Below the pieces are notes generated by a model. That model made no database searches, was not told the DNA's origin, and saw only the letters and a program-made list of their open reading frames with translations. From Tubulanus polymorphus (lineage: Eukaryota; Animalia; Nemertea), in NCBI RefSeq assembly GCF_964204645.1, contig NC_134032.1, forward strand, positions 6,870,275 through 6,934,274: a DNA stretch of 64,000 nt. The letters are read 5' to 3'. The position numbers and the translations under genes were made by a program. This document shows, one piece after another, positions 1 through 11,190 of this stretch; position 1 is the stretch's first letter, and each line of letters begins with the position of its first letter.

Positions 1-3000
1 TAAATTAGATGAATTAAAGAATGAAAAAGAAACATACAAATGTGATACATGTAATCAATCATTCAGTGATAAAAGATATTATAAAGAACATTTAAAATCT
101 AAAAGTCATATTAGAAATAAGAATAATGATATTTTAGGTGAAGATTATTTTGATGAAGATAATGATAAGAAACAGAAGACAATTAAAAGCATAAAAAATA
201 AATTAAACAATAAAAGACCATACATGGAAGATGTAAGAAAATATATTAATTCATTAGATAATAAAAAAGATATAGAGATAACCGAAGCATTTAAAAGTGA
301 TATTGGTCCAGCAGCTATCGAGTTTAAATTTCATAAAGGAAAAACATTAGAAGAAAATAAAAAACATTTAGAAAATATGAAAGAAATAATAAAAATAATA
401 ACTGATGTTGAATACCCTAAAATTAGTATATCTTCTAAAGTTAAATTCATAAAATCTGAAGATAAACCAATATATAATATAAATTCTCATTCACAACATA
501 TTATATCTAAACAACATATAGATGATAAATTAGATAAATGTTATAATGAAGTAAAAACTAAAATAGAAGAGAAATATTTTGAAGGGTCTGGTTTAATATT
601 TGATGAGATAATATTTATGACTTTACATGTTTATAACACAAAATATAATAAGATAACTAAATCGAAACCAATTTATGAAAATAATGTATCATATTATAAA
701 GATGATAGTATAAATGGATCAAGTTATATCAAATTACCATTTAAAACTAATGCTGTAATAAATGAACAAAATTTTGATGATAAATGTTTTCTATGGACAA
801 TTATAAGTTGCTTACATCCAACAGAAGATATTACACATAGTTTTAGATTAACAAATTATAAACGATTTGAGAATAATTATAAGATAGATAAGTATCCTGT
901 TATAATTAAAAACATCCCAAAGATAGAAAGAGATAATAATTTAAGAATAAATGTATTTGATTTAATCAAATTACCAAATACAAAAGGTAACAACATAAAA
1001 CATTATACATTAGAACCTTTATATCTATCAAAAGATTATGATTCAAATGATGTTATAGATATACTATATTATGAGAATCATTATATGTGGATTAAACAAA
1101 TAGATTTATTCTTTAGAACAGAAAGTGATCACCATAATAAAATATATCTATGTAGAAAATGTTTACATAGATTCAGTAATGAAAGTACATTATTAAATCA
1201 TAAACAATTATGTGAAAATCATGATTATTGCAAACTAGTTTTACCAAATGAAAAAGATAAAATATTAGAATTCAAAAAATATGATTACAAAAATAAAGTT
1301 CCATTTGTTATATATGGAGATTTTGAATCATTAAATAAAGAATTAACTGATCAAGATAGAAAAGAAATATATTATTAAAGAAAGAAATTAAATTCTAATG
1401 TTAATGATTTTTCAGATGAACCACCAAAAACAAATACTATTAAAAAGATTCATCAATCAGCTGCTGCTTTCGGGTTATATATAAAATCTGATTATCCAGA
1501 ACTAATTGAAAGTGAATATTATAATTACAGAAATGAAAATGTTATCAATCATTTTTGTGACTTATTAATTGAATATGAAATAAGATTTAGTAAATTATTG
1601 AATACAAATAAAGAAATTATAATGACAGAAGAAGATAAAGAAGAATTTGCGTTTGCAGATAAATGTTATTATTGTGAAAAGATATTTAATTATAAAGATA
1701 AAAAAGTAAGAGACCATGATCATTTGAATGGAAAGTTTAGAGGCGCTGCACATGAGAATTGTAACTTACAAGCTAAGAAAATTAATTTTGTACCAGTTAT
1801 ATTTCATAATCTATCAGGATATGATGCACATTTATTCATCAAACAGTTATGCCATAAAATAGAAGAAATTAATAATGAAATAGAAAGATTAAATTCAAAT
1901 AGATCAAAAGATAAAATACCAACTTATAAATTTAGAATGTTAGCTAAAACATCTGAGAATTATATATCATTCCAATTTGGTTGCCTAAGATTTATAGATT
2001 CATATAGATTTTTAAATAGTTCATTAGATAACTTATCAAAATCATTATTTGATGATGAATTAAAGATATTAAAGCAACACTATCCAAATAATGATGATTT
2101 TCAATTAATGAGATATAAAGGCGCAATTCCATATTCATTTTATAAATCACATAATGATTTTAACATAACTGAATTATTAAAAGAACAATTCTATGATGAA
2201 TTAAAAAATGAATATGTTAAAGATGAAGTATATAATAGAACATTGAATATTTGGAATCATTTTAGAATGAAAAATCATGGGCAATTAGTAGATTTATATC
2301 TAAAATCAGATGTATTATTATTAAGCGATATATTCGAAAGGTTTAGAGATGTAAACCTAAAATATTTTAATATTGATCCATGTCATTGTTATTCATCACC
2401 AGGATTAACATGGGATTGTGGATTAAAATTTACAGATATAAAAATGGATTTGTTAACAAATATAGATCAATTATAATTATTTGAAAAATCTATAAGAGGA
2501 GGTGTTTCGGGTGTATTAGGGGATAGATATTTCAATGTAAATGATAACCCTGGATATAAGTTATTATATATAGATGCAAATAATCTATATGGTTGGGCAA
2601 TGATGGAACCACAACCTTATGGAGTATTTGAATTAACTGAAGTTTTACAACGTGAAAATAATGATAAATATGATTGGAAGAAAAGAATTCTAGATATTGC
2701 AGATGATTCAGATACTGGTTACTTCTTTGTTGTAGATTTAGAATATCCTGAAGATAAGAAATTTAAATCTAGAAATCTAGCTTACTGTCCCGAACATAAA
2801 ACTGTAACTCATGAAGAATTATCAAATTACCAAAAAAAATTAAACCCGAAAATCATATTCATACAGGAAAGTTAATGGTAACTCAAGAAGATAAATATAA
2901 TTATGTAGTACATTATAGAATGTTAATGTTTTATCTAAAACAAGGAATGGTTCTAAAAAAAAGTACATAGATATATTTCATTTAGTCAATCTAAATGGTT

Positions 3001-3905
3001 AGAAAAATATATAGATTTTAACACCAAACAGAGAACTGAAGCTAAAACTGATTTTGAGAAAGATTTCTTCAAGTTAATGAACAATGCATTCTATGGTAAG
3101 ACTTGTGAAAATATTAGAAATAGAAATGATATTGAGTTAGTTAGTAATGGTAAAAGAATTAGACATTTACAAACATATCCTAAGTTCATTGGTGACAGAA
3201 TATTTGATGAAAATTTAGCTGCAGTTAAAATGAGAAGAACATCAATGAAATTTAATAAACCAATCTATGTTGGCGCTTCAGTTTTAGAATTATCAAAATT
3301 ACTAATGTATGAATTCTATTGTAATGTATTACAACCACTTTTTGGAGAAAAAAATTGAAATATTATATTTTGATACTGACAGTTACATATTAAAGATAAA
3401 AACTGATAACATAACTGATGATTTAAAAACATTAAAACATCATTTTGATTTTAGTAATTATCCTAAAGATCATGAATTGTTTAGCAATGATAATTAAAAA
3501 GTTCCCGGTAAATTCAAAGATGAATTAGGCGGTGAAGAAATGATTGAATTCATTGGTATTAGATCTAAAATGTATTCATATAAAACTAAAGAACATGAAA
3601 CTAAAAAGTTAAAAGGAATAACAAAAAGTGTAGTAGAAAAGAATATTCATTTCAAAGATTACATCAATTGTATATTCAATGAAGAAGTTAGAAAACATAA
3701 AATGAGATGTTTAAGATCTGAAGATCATGAAATGTTTATTGAAGAAATTGAAAAGATAAGTCTAAACCCATTTGATGATAAAAGATATATTTTAGATGAT
3801 GGAATTCATACAGTTGCTTATGGTTGTAATTTAGATGAATACTTAAAATTTAAAAGAAAAGAAACAAAAGAGAACGAGATAATGAAAACAATTCTAACGT
3901 GTTAA
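1..3905 (+). pseudogene. Polinton/Maverick protein-primed family B DNA polymerase, disrupted (N-terminal C2H2 zinc finger and endonuclease VII-like insert)
   Basis: Frame open from position 2 (YKCDTCNQSF...HLKSKSH zinc finger). Motifs: DDKCFLW, ExoI YGDFES, endoVII-like CYYC..VRDHDHLNGKFRGAAHENCN, ExoII FHNLSGYDAH, RFIDS, YLKSDVLLL, IRGG, DANNLYGWAM, KLMNNAFYGK, YFDTDS. In-frame stops at 2474 and 3495; frameshifts near 1375, 2835, 2958 and 3350. Confidence 0.95.
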
Positions 3906-3934
3906 TCAAATTTTAATAAAAATATGTATTATAA

Positions 3935-4342
3935 ATGGAGAGTAAACAAACACACAGTGAGAACAACAAATTATTTCTAGATAGAATAAAAGATACTTCA
4001 AATGTCAAATCAGTAGATTATAAATTTAAGAAGTTAAAAGAATTAATAATCCATAAGAAATATCTAATTACAAATATTGATACAGTTACTAACAAATATG
4101 GAGATAAATTAGTTATACACTTAGAATATGAAGGATTAAAAGGAAATACATATAAATTCAGAACATATTTACCGGATAGATTTCATAGATTATCAAGTGA
4201 AGATCTAGAAGAATTATGTTCTGGAGATTTCTATTTCGTATACAAAGGTAAGAATGAAAAAGGGCACCATGAAATAGATAATAAGAAAATATGTAAAATA
4301 AATGGTGGAATTAAAAGAATACAGAATATTTGTAGATTCTAG
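3935..4342 (+). CDS. Small Polinton-associated protein (possibly OB-fold/ssDNA-binding-like)
   Basis: ATG-initiated ORF directly after PolB with the same very AT-rich codon style; TNKYG...YLPDRF pattern seen in small Polinton ORFs. Function is inference. Confidence 0.55.
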   Translation: MESKQTHSENNKLFLDRIKDTSNVKSVDYKFKKLKELIIHKKYLITNIDTVTNKYGDKLVIHLEYEGLKGNTYKFRTYLPDRFHRLSSEDLEELCSGDFYFVYKGKNEKGHHEIDNKKICKINGGIKRIQNICRF

Positions 4343-4750
4343 AAGACTTACAAATTATAAATCTCATAATTTAATAGTACAATTAGATAGAGAATTTAAG
4401 AATTGTGTAGATTTAAAATTAGTAAATATAAGTTTATGTAATTCTTTTTATAATATATCGAATAAAACTATCGAACATAGAGCCTTTTTAGTTTTTAATA
4501 GACACATAGATTCATGGGTATATATATATTTAAAACCGGGGTTATATAATTTAGATACATTAGCACAAGAAATTATTAGAAAAGCCTGGCACAAATTAGG
4601 TAGTAGTTCTGGGTTTAGTATTAGATTTTTAAAAAGTGACAGTTCTGATAGAATAAAGATAAGGTTGTCTAATAGTGAAAAACATAAATTTTTAAAAAGT
4701 GACAGTTCTGATAGAATAAAGATAAGGTTGTCTAATATTGAAAAACATAA
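4302..4750 (+). pseudogene. Polinton minor capsid (penton-like) protein, N-terminal part, interrupted by DIRS
   Basis: IFVDSR...IVQLDREF..LKLVNISLCNSFYNI and L.PGLYNL..L resemble single jelly-roll minor capsid N-termini; the ORF runs into the DIRS terminus at 4751. Confidence 0.7.
4625..4750 (+). repeat. 63-bp in-frame tandem duplication (2 copies)
   Basis: 4625-4687 and 4688-4750 differ by one base (FLKSDSSDRIKIRLSN(S/I)EKH twice). Confidence 0.95.
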
Positions 4751-4892
4751 TTCTATTTCGTTTCGGTTATGGGTTTTGGAGATCCAATGAGATATGCCTC
4801 GCGCATGCGCCATCAGTTGCCTCTTGACGCCATTGCGAGAGTCACGGCGTGAGAGTTCACGCTCGTAAAATTTTTCGGATTTTACGTTCCAC

Positions 4893-6224
4893 TTGCGGGT
4901 TTTTCAAGATTTGAGATCGATTATGCAAGAAGGAACGGTACCGGAACCTGGAGATGGGAGCGTGGCTCCTGTTAGTGTTAGTATTTCCCAGGAAAAACAC
5001 TCGAAGAAGCCCTCGACCAGGTCGGGTGGAAATTCCGAGAAAAACAAAATGGCGGCGGCGAGCTCCGCTACGTCAATTTTGCCTTCCACAGCGGCGATTT
5101 CTGGTTCTAACGCGTCGCGTTGTCGAACTGCCGGGCCTTCGAAGGTAAAAGAAAAGAAAGATGGTAATAATAATAACGCTTCGGAATTTCAACGCATCGA
5201 GAAACTTTTGACTGAAGTAATCCAGTCCCAGGTCGAGATGAAGGAAAAAGTGAGTGTTATGTGGGAAGCCGGGTGCGTCGACGAGGTCGGCAGTGATTCG
5301 GTTTCGATTTCCGATTTCGACCAACAATGCACAAAACGGCATGATATTTCGGACGATGAGGACTATGAGGGGCCTCCACCAGCAAAAAAGAGCAAACCAA
5401 GTTCTGCCGAGGGAAGTGCTCAAGCCGCTGGCTCGAGTAGGCCTAATAGCATTTTTTCAGCAATGCTGAATAAATGGCAAACTGAAGAAACCACAGGAGT
5501 TTCTGTGGATGGAGACCTTGCCAATATTGTGCATGGGCTATTCCAAGAAGGGATTAGCGAGGAATCGTATAAAGACCTTTGTAAAAAATATGAGAGACCG
5601 GACAATTGTGAGAGTCTCGTGCCTGTGAAAATTGACCAACTGGTTTGGGATTTTATTTCGACGAAGTCACAGGCGATGGATGCAAAGTTACAAGTCACTC
5701 AGACTTGCATCGCAAAGGCAGCGGTCTGTCTTACTTATCGGGCGGATAAGTTTAATATTTGCGAATCGGCCGAGAAGCCGAGTAACGACATCGAGGAATA
5801 TTCTTCTGCCTTAGCGCTGCTAGGTCATGGATACCATAACTTATGTTTGCGACGAAGAGAACTGTTAAAACCGGATTTGAAAAATCAGTATACTCATTTG
5901 TTTTCCTCGTCTGTTCCTCATACCGATAAACTTTTCGGAGGAAATGTGGAAAAAACAATTAAAGATATTACTGATGTGAACCGTGTTGGGTCTAAGTTAA
6001 AACCACCGACTTCAGGCTTCAGAAACAGGGCTTGGAATTGGAGACCGTGGAAAGGGCGCGGCGCATCTACATCATACAGCCCTTATAGCCATATGCACAA
6101 ACATTTCGGCTCAAAACAGAATAGTTGTTTAAACTACCAGCAGGCCCGTTTGCACGGTGGAAGCGGGCCGAGCCACAGCAAATACAAGAAAGGAAGGAGT
6201 CTGAAACAAGTCAAACAAGACTAA
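4893..6224 (+). CDS. DIRS ORF1 (Gag-like)
   Basis: Intact 443-codon frame (first ATG 4922); YERPDNC..L...IDQLVW, D.KLQ..Q, LRRRELLKP, LFG pattern of DIRS ORF1; located before RT. Confidence 0.85.
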   Translation: MRVFQDLRSIMQEGTVPEPGDGSVAPVSVSISQEKHSKKPSTRSGGNSEKNKMAAASSATSILPSTAAISGSNASRCRTAGPSKVKEKKDGNNNNASEFQRIEKLLTEVIQSQVEMKEKVSVMWEAGCVDEVGSDSVSISDFDQQCTKRHDISDDEDYEGPPPAKKSKPSSAEGSAQAAGSSRPNSIFSAMLNKWQTEETTGVSVDGDLANIVHGLFQEGISEESYKDLCKKYERPDNCESLVPVKIDQLVWDFISTKSQAMDAKLQVTQTCIAKAAVCLTYRADKFNICESAEKPSNDIEEYSSALALLGHGYHNLCLRRRELLKPDLKNQYTHLFSSSVPHTDKLFGGNVEKTIKDITDVNRVGSKLKPPTSGFRNRAWNWRPWKGRGASTSYSPYSHMHKHFGSKQNSCLNYQQARLHGGSGPSHSKYKKGRSLKQVKQD

Positions 6225-7140
6225 GTCAGGTTAGTAGAAAGTCAGATTTTACTATTAAAACTGCTGGAAGTCTACAGTTTCATTTGGAAAACTGGAAAAA
6301 GATCACATCAGATGTAACCATCTTGAGAGATGTTTCTGGCCACAGGCTTGAATTTATTGATGGTAAGGTACCAGTTCAGCATTGGGTACCCAAGCCGTTG
6401 AGATTTAATGATACAGAAACTGCAATTATTCAGGTGCAGCTTGATAGATTCTGGAATCAGGTGTTATTGAAATGACGGAGCATAGCTATCCAGAATTTAT
6501 ATCGAATATTTTCATTCGCCCGAAAAAAGAAGAGGGGGCATATCGAGTTATTCTGAATTTGAAAAATTTGAATAAATTTCTGGAATACCATCACTTCAAG
6601 ATGGACACTTTTGAAGCTGTTCTCAAGCTGGTTACACCTGGGTGTTTTATGCAGTCTATTGATGTTAAAGATGCGTATTATTGTATATCAGTCCACCCTG
6701 AAGACCGGAGATGGCTTAGGTTTATGTTCAATGGAAAATTGTATCAGTATACATGCATACCAAATGGCCTTGCATCAGGACCTCGGACTTACACGAAATT
6801 GTGTAAGCCAGTTTTATCTTCCTTAAGGAAGATGGGGATAACAATAAGTGGTTACATTGATGATGAAATTATCATCTCAGACACTGAATCACAATCCCAG
6901 CAGGAAAAGGTTGACACGATTGAGTTGCAAGAAGAATTAGGGTATATAATTAATTATAAGAAGACTACTAAAGACGGGTCTCAAATTATTACACATTTGG
7001 GTTTCGTTATAAACTCCAATGAAATGATAGTCACTCTGACTGAAAAGAAAAAAGAGTACATCTTAACTGAATGCTCTAATTTATTACAGAAGGACAGACT
7101 GACATTAGTTGCTTGTCTAGTTTCTGGAGTTCAGGAGAAA
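6125..7140 (+). pseudogene. DIRS reverse transcriptase, frameshifted near 6455, RNase H and methyltransferase region missing
   Basis: AGSLQFHLENW, FISNIFIRPKK..YRVILNLK.LN, IDVKDAY, IPNGLASGP, GYIDD, HLGF; jumps at about 7105 to the C-terminal LVACLVSG motif. Confidence 0.9.
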
Positions 7141-8138
7141 AACAGACGTTTTCAACAAGGACTAGAGAGATATTGTTGGCCTCATGGAAAAAGGGCACAC
7201 ATCAACAGTATGAGGTTTTTCTCAGGAAATGGAAACGGTTTTGTAATAAATGGAAAGTTTATCCAATTCATCCCTCTGTAGAGCAGTATCTCGAATTTTT
7301 AGTTTATCTTGTTGATGTAGAAACCTTAAGTTACAGTGCAGTGAACACAGCGAGGTCTGCTGTTGCTCAGATTGTAGAAGTTGATGGGAGATATAATTCA
7401 ATGAGTATAGGGGCTCGTCCTTTGGTCTCTAGATTTATGAAAGGATTGTACAATTTGAGACCGCCTCAGGTTAGATATACTTATATATGGGATGTTTCTC
7501 TTGTTTTAAATTGGGCGGAGAGTTTATCGCCTGTAAGATTTTTAAGTTTGAAACAGTTGACTTTGAAACTTGTGATGTTATTATCGTTGATTATGGCTGC
7601 CAGACCAGCGCAGTCATTGAGTTTGTTACGATTAGATCAGATGATTAAAGAGAACGAGACTTATAAGTTTTATTTTAGGAGAACCGATTTAAAACAGTCA
7701 CGAAGGGGATATATTCCCCCAGATGTTTGTATTAAAAAGTATTATGTAAAAAGGTTAATTTGTGCTCATCTTGCATTGTCGGAATATATTAGGAGAACTA
7801 AGGATATTCGGGAATCTGAACCTAGATTGTTTGTTAGTTACGTAAAACCATACAAAGCAGTTTCGAGAGATACAATAAGCAGATGGGTAAAAACTGAGAT
7901 GTCGCAGGCTGGAATTGATACAAAAGTATTTAAGCCTCATAGTGTAAGGGCGGCAGCTACCTCGAAAGCTAAGCTGAACGATGTGCCTTTGGAAGATATT
8001 TTGAAAACGGCTGGTTGGTCTAACGTAGCTACTTTTGCTAAGTATTATGGAAAACCAATTGTACATGATTCGCAGAAATTTGTGGATGGAAGAAGTGATT
8101 ATATGTTAATAAATTTTCGCAATACTACGTACATTTGA
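7113..8138 (+). CDS. DIRS tyrosine recombinase
   Basis: N-terminal SAM-like region (LSYSAVNTARSAV); catalytic R (MAAR), HSVR, AGWS and Y (FAKYY). Confidence 0.92.
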   Translation: MSSFWSSGEKQTFSTRTREILLASWKKGTHQQYEVFLRKWKRFCNKWKVYPIHPSVEQYLEFLVYLVDVETLSYSAVNTARSAVAQIVEVDGRYNSMSIGARPLVSRFMKGLYNLRPPQVRYTYIWDVSLVLNWAESLSPVRFLSLKQLTLKLVMLLSLIMAARPAQSLSLLRLDQMIKENETYKFYFRRTDLKQSRRGYIPPDVCIKKYYVKRLICAHLALSEYIRRTKDIRESEPRLFVSYVKPYKAVSRDTISRWVKTEMSQAGIDTKVFKPHSVRAAATSKAKLNDVPLEDILKTAGWSNVATFAKYYGKPIVHDSQKFVDGRSDYMLINFRNTTYI

Positions 8139-9409
8139 GTTGTTACTGTTTTGTCGCTTCTTTGAAGTCTCATTGGATCTCGAAAACCCATAACCGAAAC
8201 GAAATAGAATTTGAAAGTTAAACGAGCCTTACCTGAAAGGTGAAGTTTGACTGGAATTCTATAGAGTGAGGTTATGGGTTGGAGATCAAAAAAACCTATA
8301 GCTAAACTGTTAGGAATTCTTCCAGATAGATCTTTTACAAATGAAAGGCTGAATCCAAGAACATGTCTATCGCACTTTTGAGCCCAAACGTCTACTTTTA
8401 CTTAGTAGCCACTTGAGAACAATAAATAATTAACGATATCAGCCACTTTTCCAGTAGTATACATTTCAAAACAGTCACTCTGGAATAGTATTCCTTTCAA
8501 TTCGGTTGGTTTTCTATAGTGGCTGTTTCGAAGAGTCTACTATTGAAAAGTGACCATTTTGAAACATCTGGTTTCGATAGTGCACACTAGCAGTAGAGGT
8601 GACTGTAAAACCACCCGCCTGTTAACAGTGACTTTGTGATAGTAACTCCTACCATAGCAGCTACTCTCAAAACACATCGTTTCTAAAAGTCAACTATTGA
8701 AAAGTGACCATTTTGAGATCGCTTGCCAGATTCCCTGTTATAAATACACTGTAGCAACATATGCTTCAGATTTGCAGTGATACGTGACAATATAAACATC
8801 CTGAGAAACTCTACTCACGCTATAGTTTGGGGTATAGTTCTATTAAAGAGTGACTCAGTTGAGATCTATAGATATTGTAGATACTATCTTTGAGGATGTG
8901 AAATGTAATGAGCGATTCCCAACTCTCAATTGGAGTTAAATTTGTTTACAAATTGTCAATAGTTATGTAGTTTTAAGATAAATCAAAATTTCCTTCTTTT
9001 CATGGCGATGTAATTGAATAAAGAATTCAATTTGAACAAATGCAGCTATTTTCAAGCATAGGTCTGCATTTATTTTTGATTTTAAATTCTTAGATTAAAA
9101 GCGCAAAAATTCAGGCTAACCTCTCATGATTGAAATGGTGGTTTATCTACAACGGGGGCCTGGATGTCTTTGCATCTTGAATTAAGATGTGCATTTCGGA
9201 GTGTTCGAATTTCCCTGAATTCTAATTTTGCGAAATCATTGATTTTTTCAAACAAAATATGCTATATCCATGTGGATTTTTAACATTCTAAAGAAATCAT
9301 CTAAATTGTGCCCATATTTGATCGAATTTAATAGAAGAAACTTTGTATGGTATTCAAGATTTCATTTGGATTACGGTAACAGCCTTTGGTGATCGTCCCT
9401 GGGGTCATG

Positions 9410-9626
9410 AATGAAGAAATCCCGTAATAGAATTTTAAATATGATAAAATTTGTTAAGGTGAAACCGCAGCGTTTTGACTGTAGACTAACAGCCATCATC
9501 AGGTGGAATGTAGACATTCCTAGTGATATGGGCTTTTAGTAAGATGGCTGTCAGTCAACAGCTGAAACGTTGTGGTTTAACTAATAAATTTCATGAAACA
9601 AAATTCTATTGTGGAATCTCTTCATT
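9410..9626. repeat. Inverted pair of degenerate Penelope-like terminal repeats with hammerhead-ribozyme-like cores
   Basis: 9410-9503 and 9537-9626 are imperfect inverted repeats. Minus arm: CTGATGA-TGGCTGT-tagtct-ACAGTC-AAAAC. Plus arm: GTAAGA-TGGCTG..CAGCT-GAAACG. Confidence 0.6.
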
Positions 9627-10633
9627 TATCTACAGTTAACACGCTTTAGAGTATTTTATTCGAATTCTTCGGGTCCTGTAGCCGTTTTGATCGAAAATTA
9701 TTTACTAATCGGCAAAGAAGGGATATAAAACCGTGTTGGTCGCTATGAGAGGGATTCCCTGTATATCTGCACCTTAAACCGGTACCTTTGTTAGTTCTAG
9801 CTCACATTCACTTCCAAATTCAAGTATTGGTAACGTTGGTTTACGATAATTTGAGAAAAAGAGTTTAGTTGGAGAAAACTGATAATTCAGTTAATGAGTT
9901 AACTGATAATCTTATAATTCAGCGATCATTGGTTCATCGATTCAGCGAAGTTCAAACACCGTACATTTTGGCATGTTATTGTATTGGCACCTTGAAATAA
10001 AGTTTCATAGAGATATTGCGGTGCTAAGTTTATCAATATTAAGAGGTAATTACTTTTGGTTTGTGGTCTGTTGGTGGCCAATACAGCTTGTTCATTCGTT
10101 CATCAATCACTGTTTAGTTAGCCAGTGTAATTTACCTGCTGACCGATAGCTGCTGCTGGGTTTTTGATTACCTATATAAACAATTTACTCAACAAAGTGG
10201 GAAAGTATGTGAAACTAGAATTACAGCATATTGCATTTCTTTCACATCTTAAGCCAAAAGAAGTTTTCTCTATCAAATGAAATTGCTGACTTCAAAATTA
10301 CGTGAACATCTCAACACTGCACTTTTATACGCTAATCGTTTGATCTTTTATAATAAGTTGGTAATTTCATTTCAACCAAACTGTATAACTACGAAATAAG
10401 ATTTTGATTATGGTTTCATTTCTAGCAAGCGATAAAATGATTCAATATTCATTAACGAACAAGCAGAGAACAGCGTGACAAAGTGAACATCACATGGATT
10501 ATTTAAAAATCGTTTGTATCGAAATAAACAATTAATTCAAGGTTAATTCTAAGTATTTTAGATACATTTTTTTCGTAATTCATTTTTTGAACATATGATT
10601 TTATTTGTATATTCCTCTCTCATATACCCTTAA

Positions 10634-10987
10634 AAACAAATTAAGCCTAAAAGACAAATTTATTTTTTTGTCTTGTCTTTCTTTTCTACACCAAACTTAA
10701 TACCTTACACGCATTTTTATATTTATTGCAATTTAATCGATCCTACAAAAACATTCGAAGCAACTAAAGATATAACTTGTAATTCTGGTTTACTAAACAT
10801 TTTACCATTGAAGAATGTTAAAGAATTTGGAACGCAAATAAATTATAATTTAACAGAATGTGATTTCAAACCATGCATTCCTCGTTTTAATAATTTTAGA
10901 TTAGAAATTAGAAATCATAATTGGCACTTAATTGATTTAAATAATTTCCCTGTAATTTATGAATTAGTTATAAGATGTAGAGAGTAA
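10634..10987 (+). pseudogene. Polinton minor capsid (penton-like) protein, C-terminal part
   Basis: FYIYCNLI...LLNILP...GTQINY...FRLEIRNHNWHLIDLNNFPVIYELVI matches the typical minor-capsid C-terminus; no start codon of its own. Confidence 0.7.
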
Positions 10988-11004
10988 TTTTTTTCACTGT
11001 ATAA

Positions 11005-11190
11005 ATGAATATAACTGTTGGACCGAGTATATGTTTAGGGTTTGATTTTAAACATGGTAAAGGAATGAGAATTAAACTAAATGATGTAATTACTGATATA
11101 AAAAGTAAATCATTTAACAATGCATCAATGATTAATAAAGAAAATTATAATATAGAAAAAGTAATTGATTTAAGAATTAAGAATGGATTT
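11005..11190 (+). pseudogene. Probable Polinton ORF truncated by the Helitron
   Basis: ATG 17 bp after the capsid-like stop, in the same ataaATG context as 3935 and 4302; composition changes near 11190. Confidence 0.4.

Larger units (their letters stand above)
4751..8287 (+). mobile_element. DIRS1-like tyrosine-recombinase retrotransposon, internally deleted and 3'-truncated
   Basis: Gag, RT and YR ORFs. Left end 4751-4791 is the reverse complement (1 mismatch) of 8169-8209; a further related copy at 8256-8287 gives the ITR/ICR-type terminal structure. Confidence 0.92.

Noticed and set aside
7113-8138. Prophage integrase or bacterial contamination (YR, PolB, TatD)
   Set aside because: The YR is part of a Gag-RT-YR DIRS unit, the PolB is Polinton-type, and the surroundings contain spliceosomal introns and eukaryotic transposons.
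8288-9400. Degenerate repeat CTATTGAAAAGTGACCATTTTGA (about 8540, 8694 and 8820)
   Set aside because: Too decayed to assign; no termini or coding signal.
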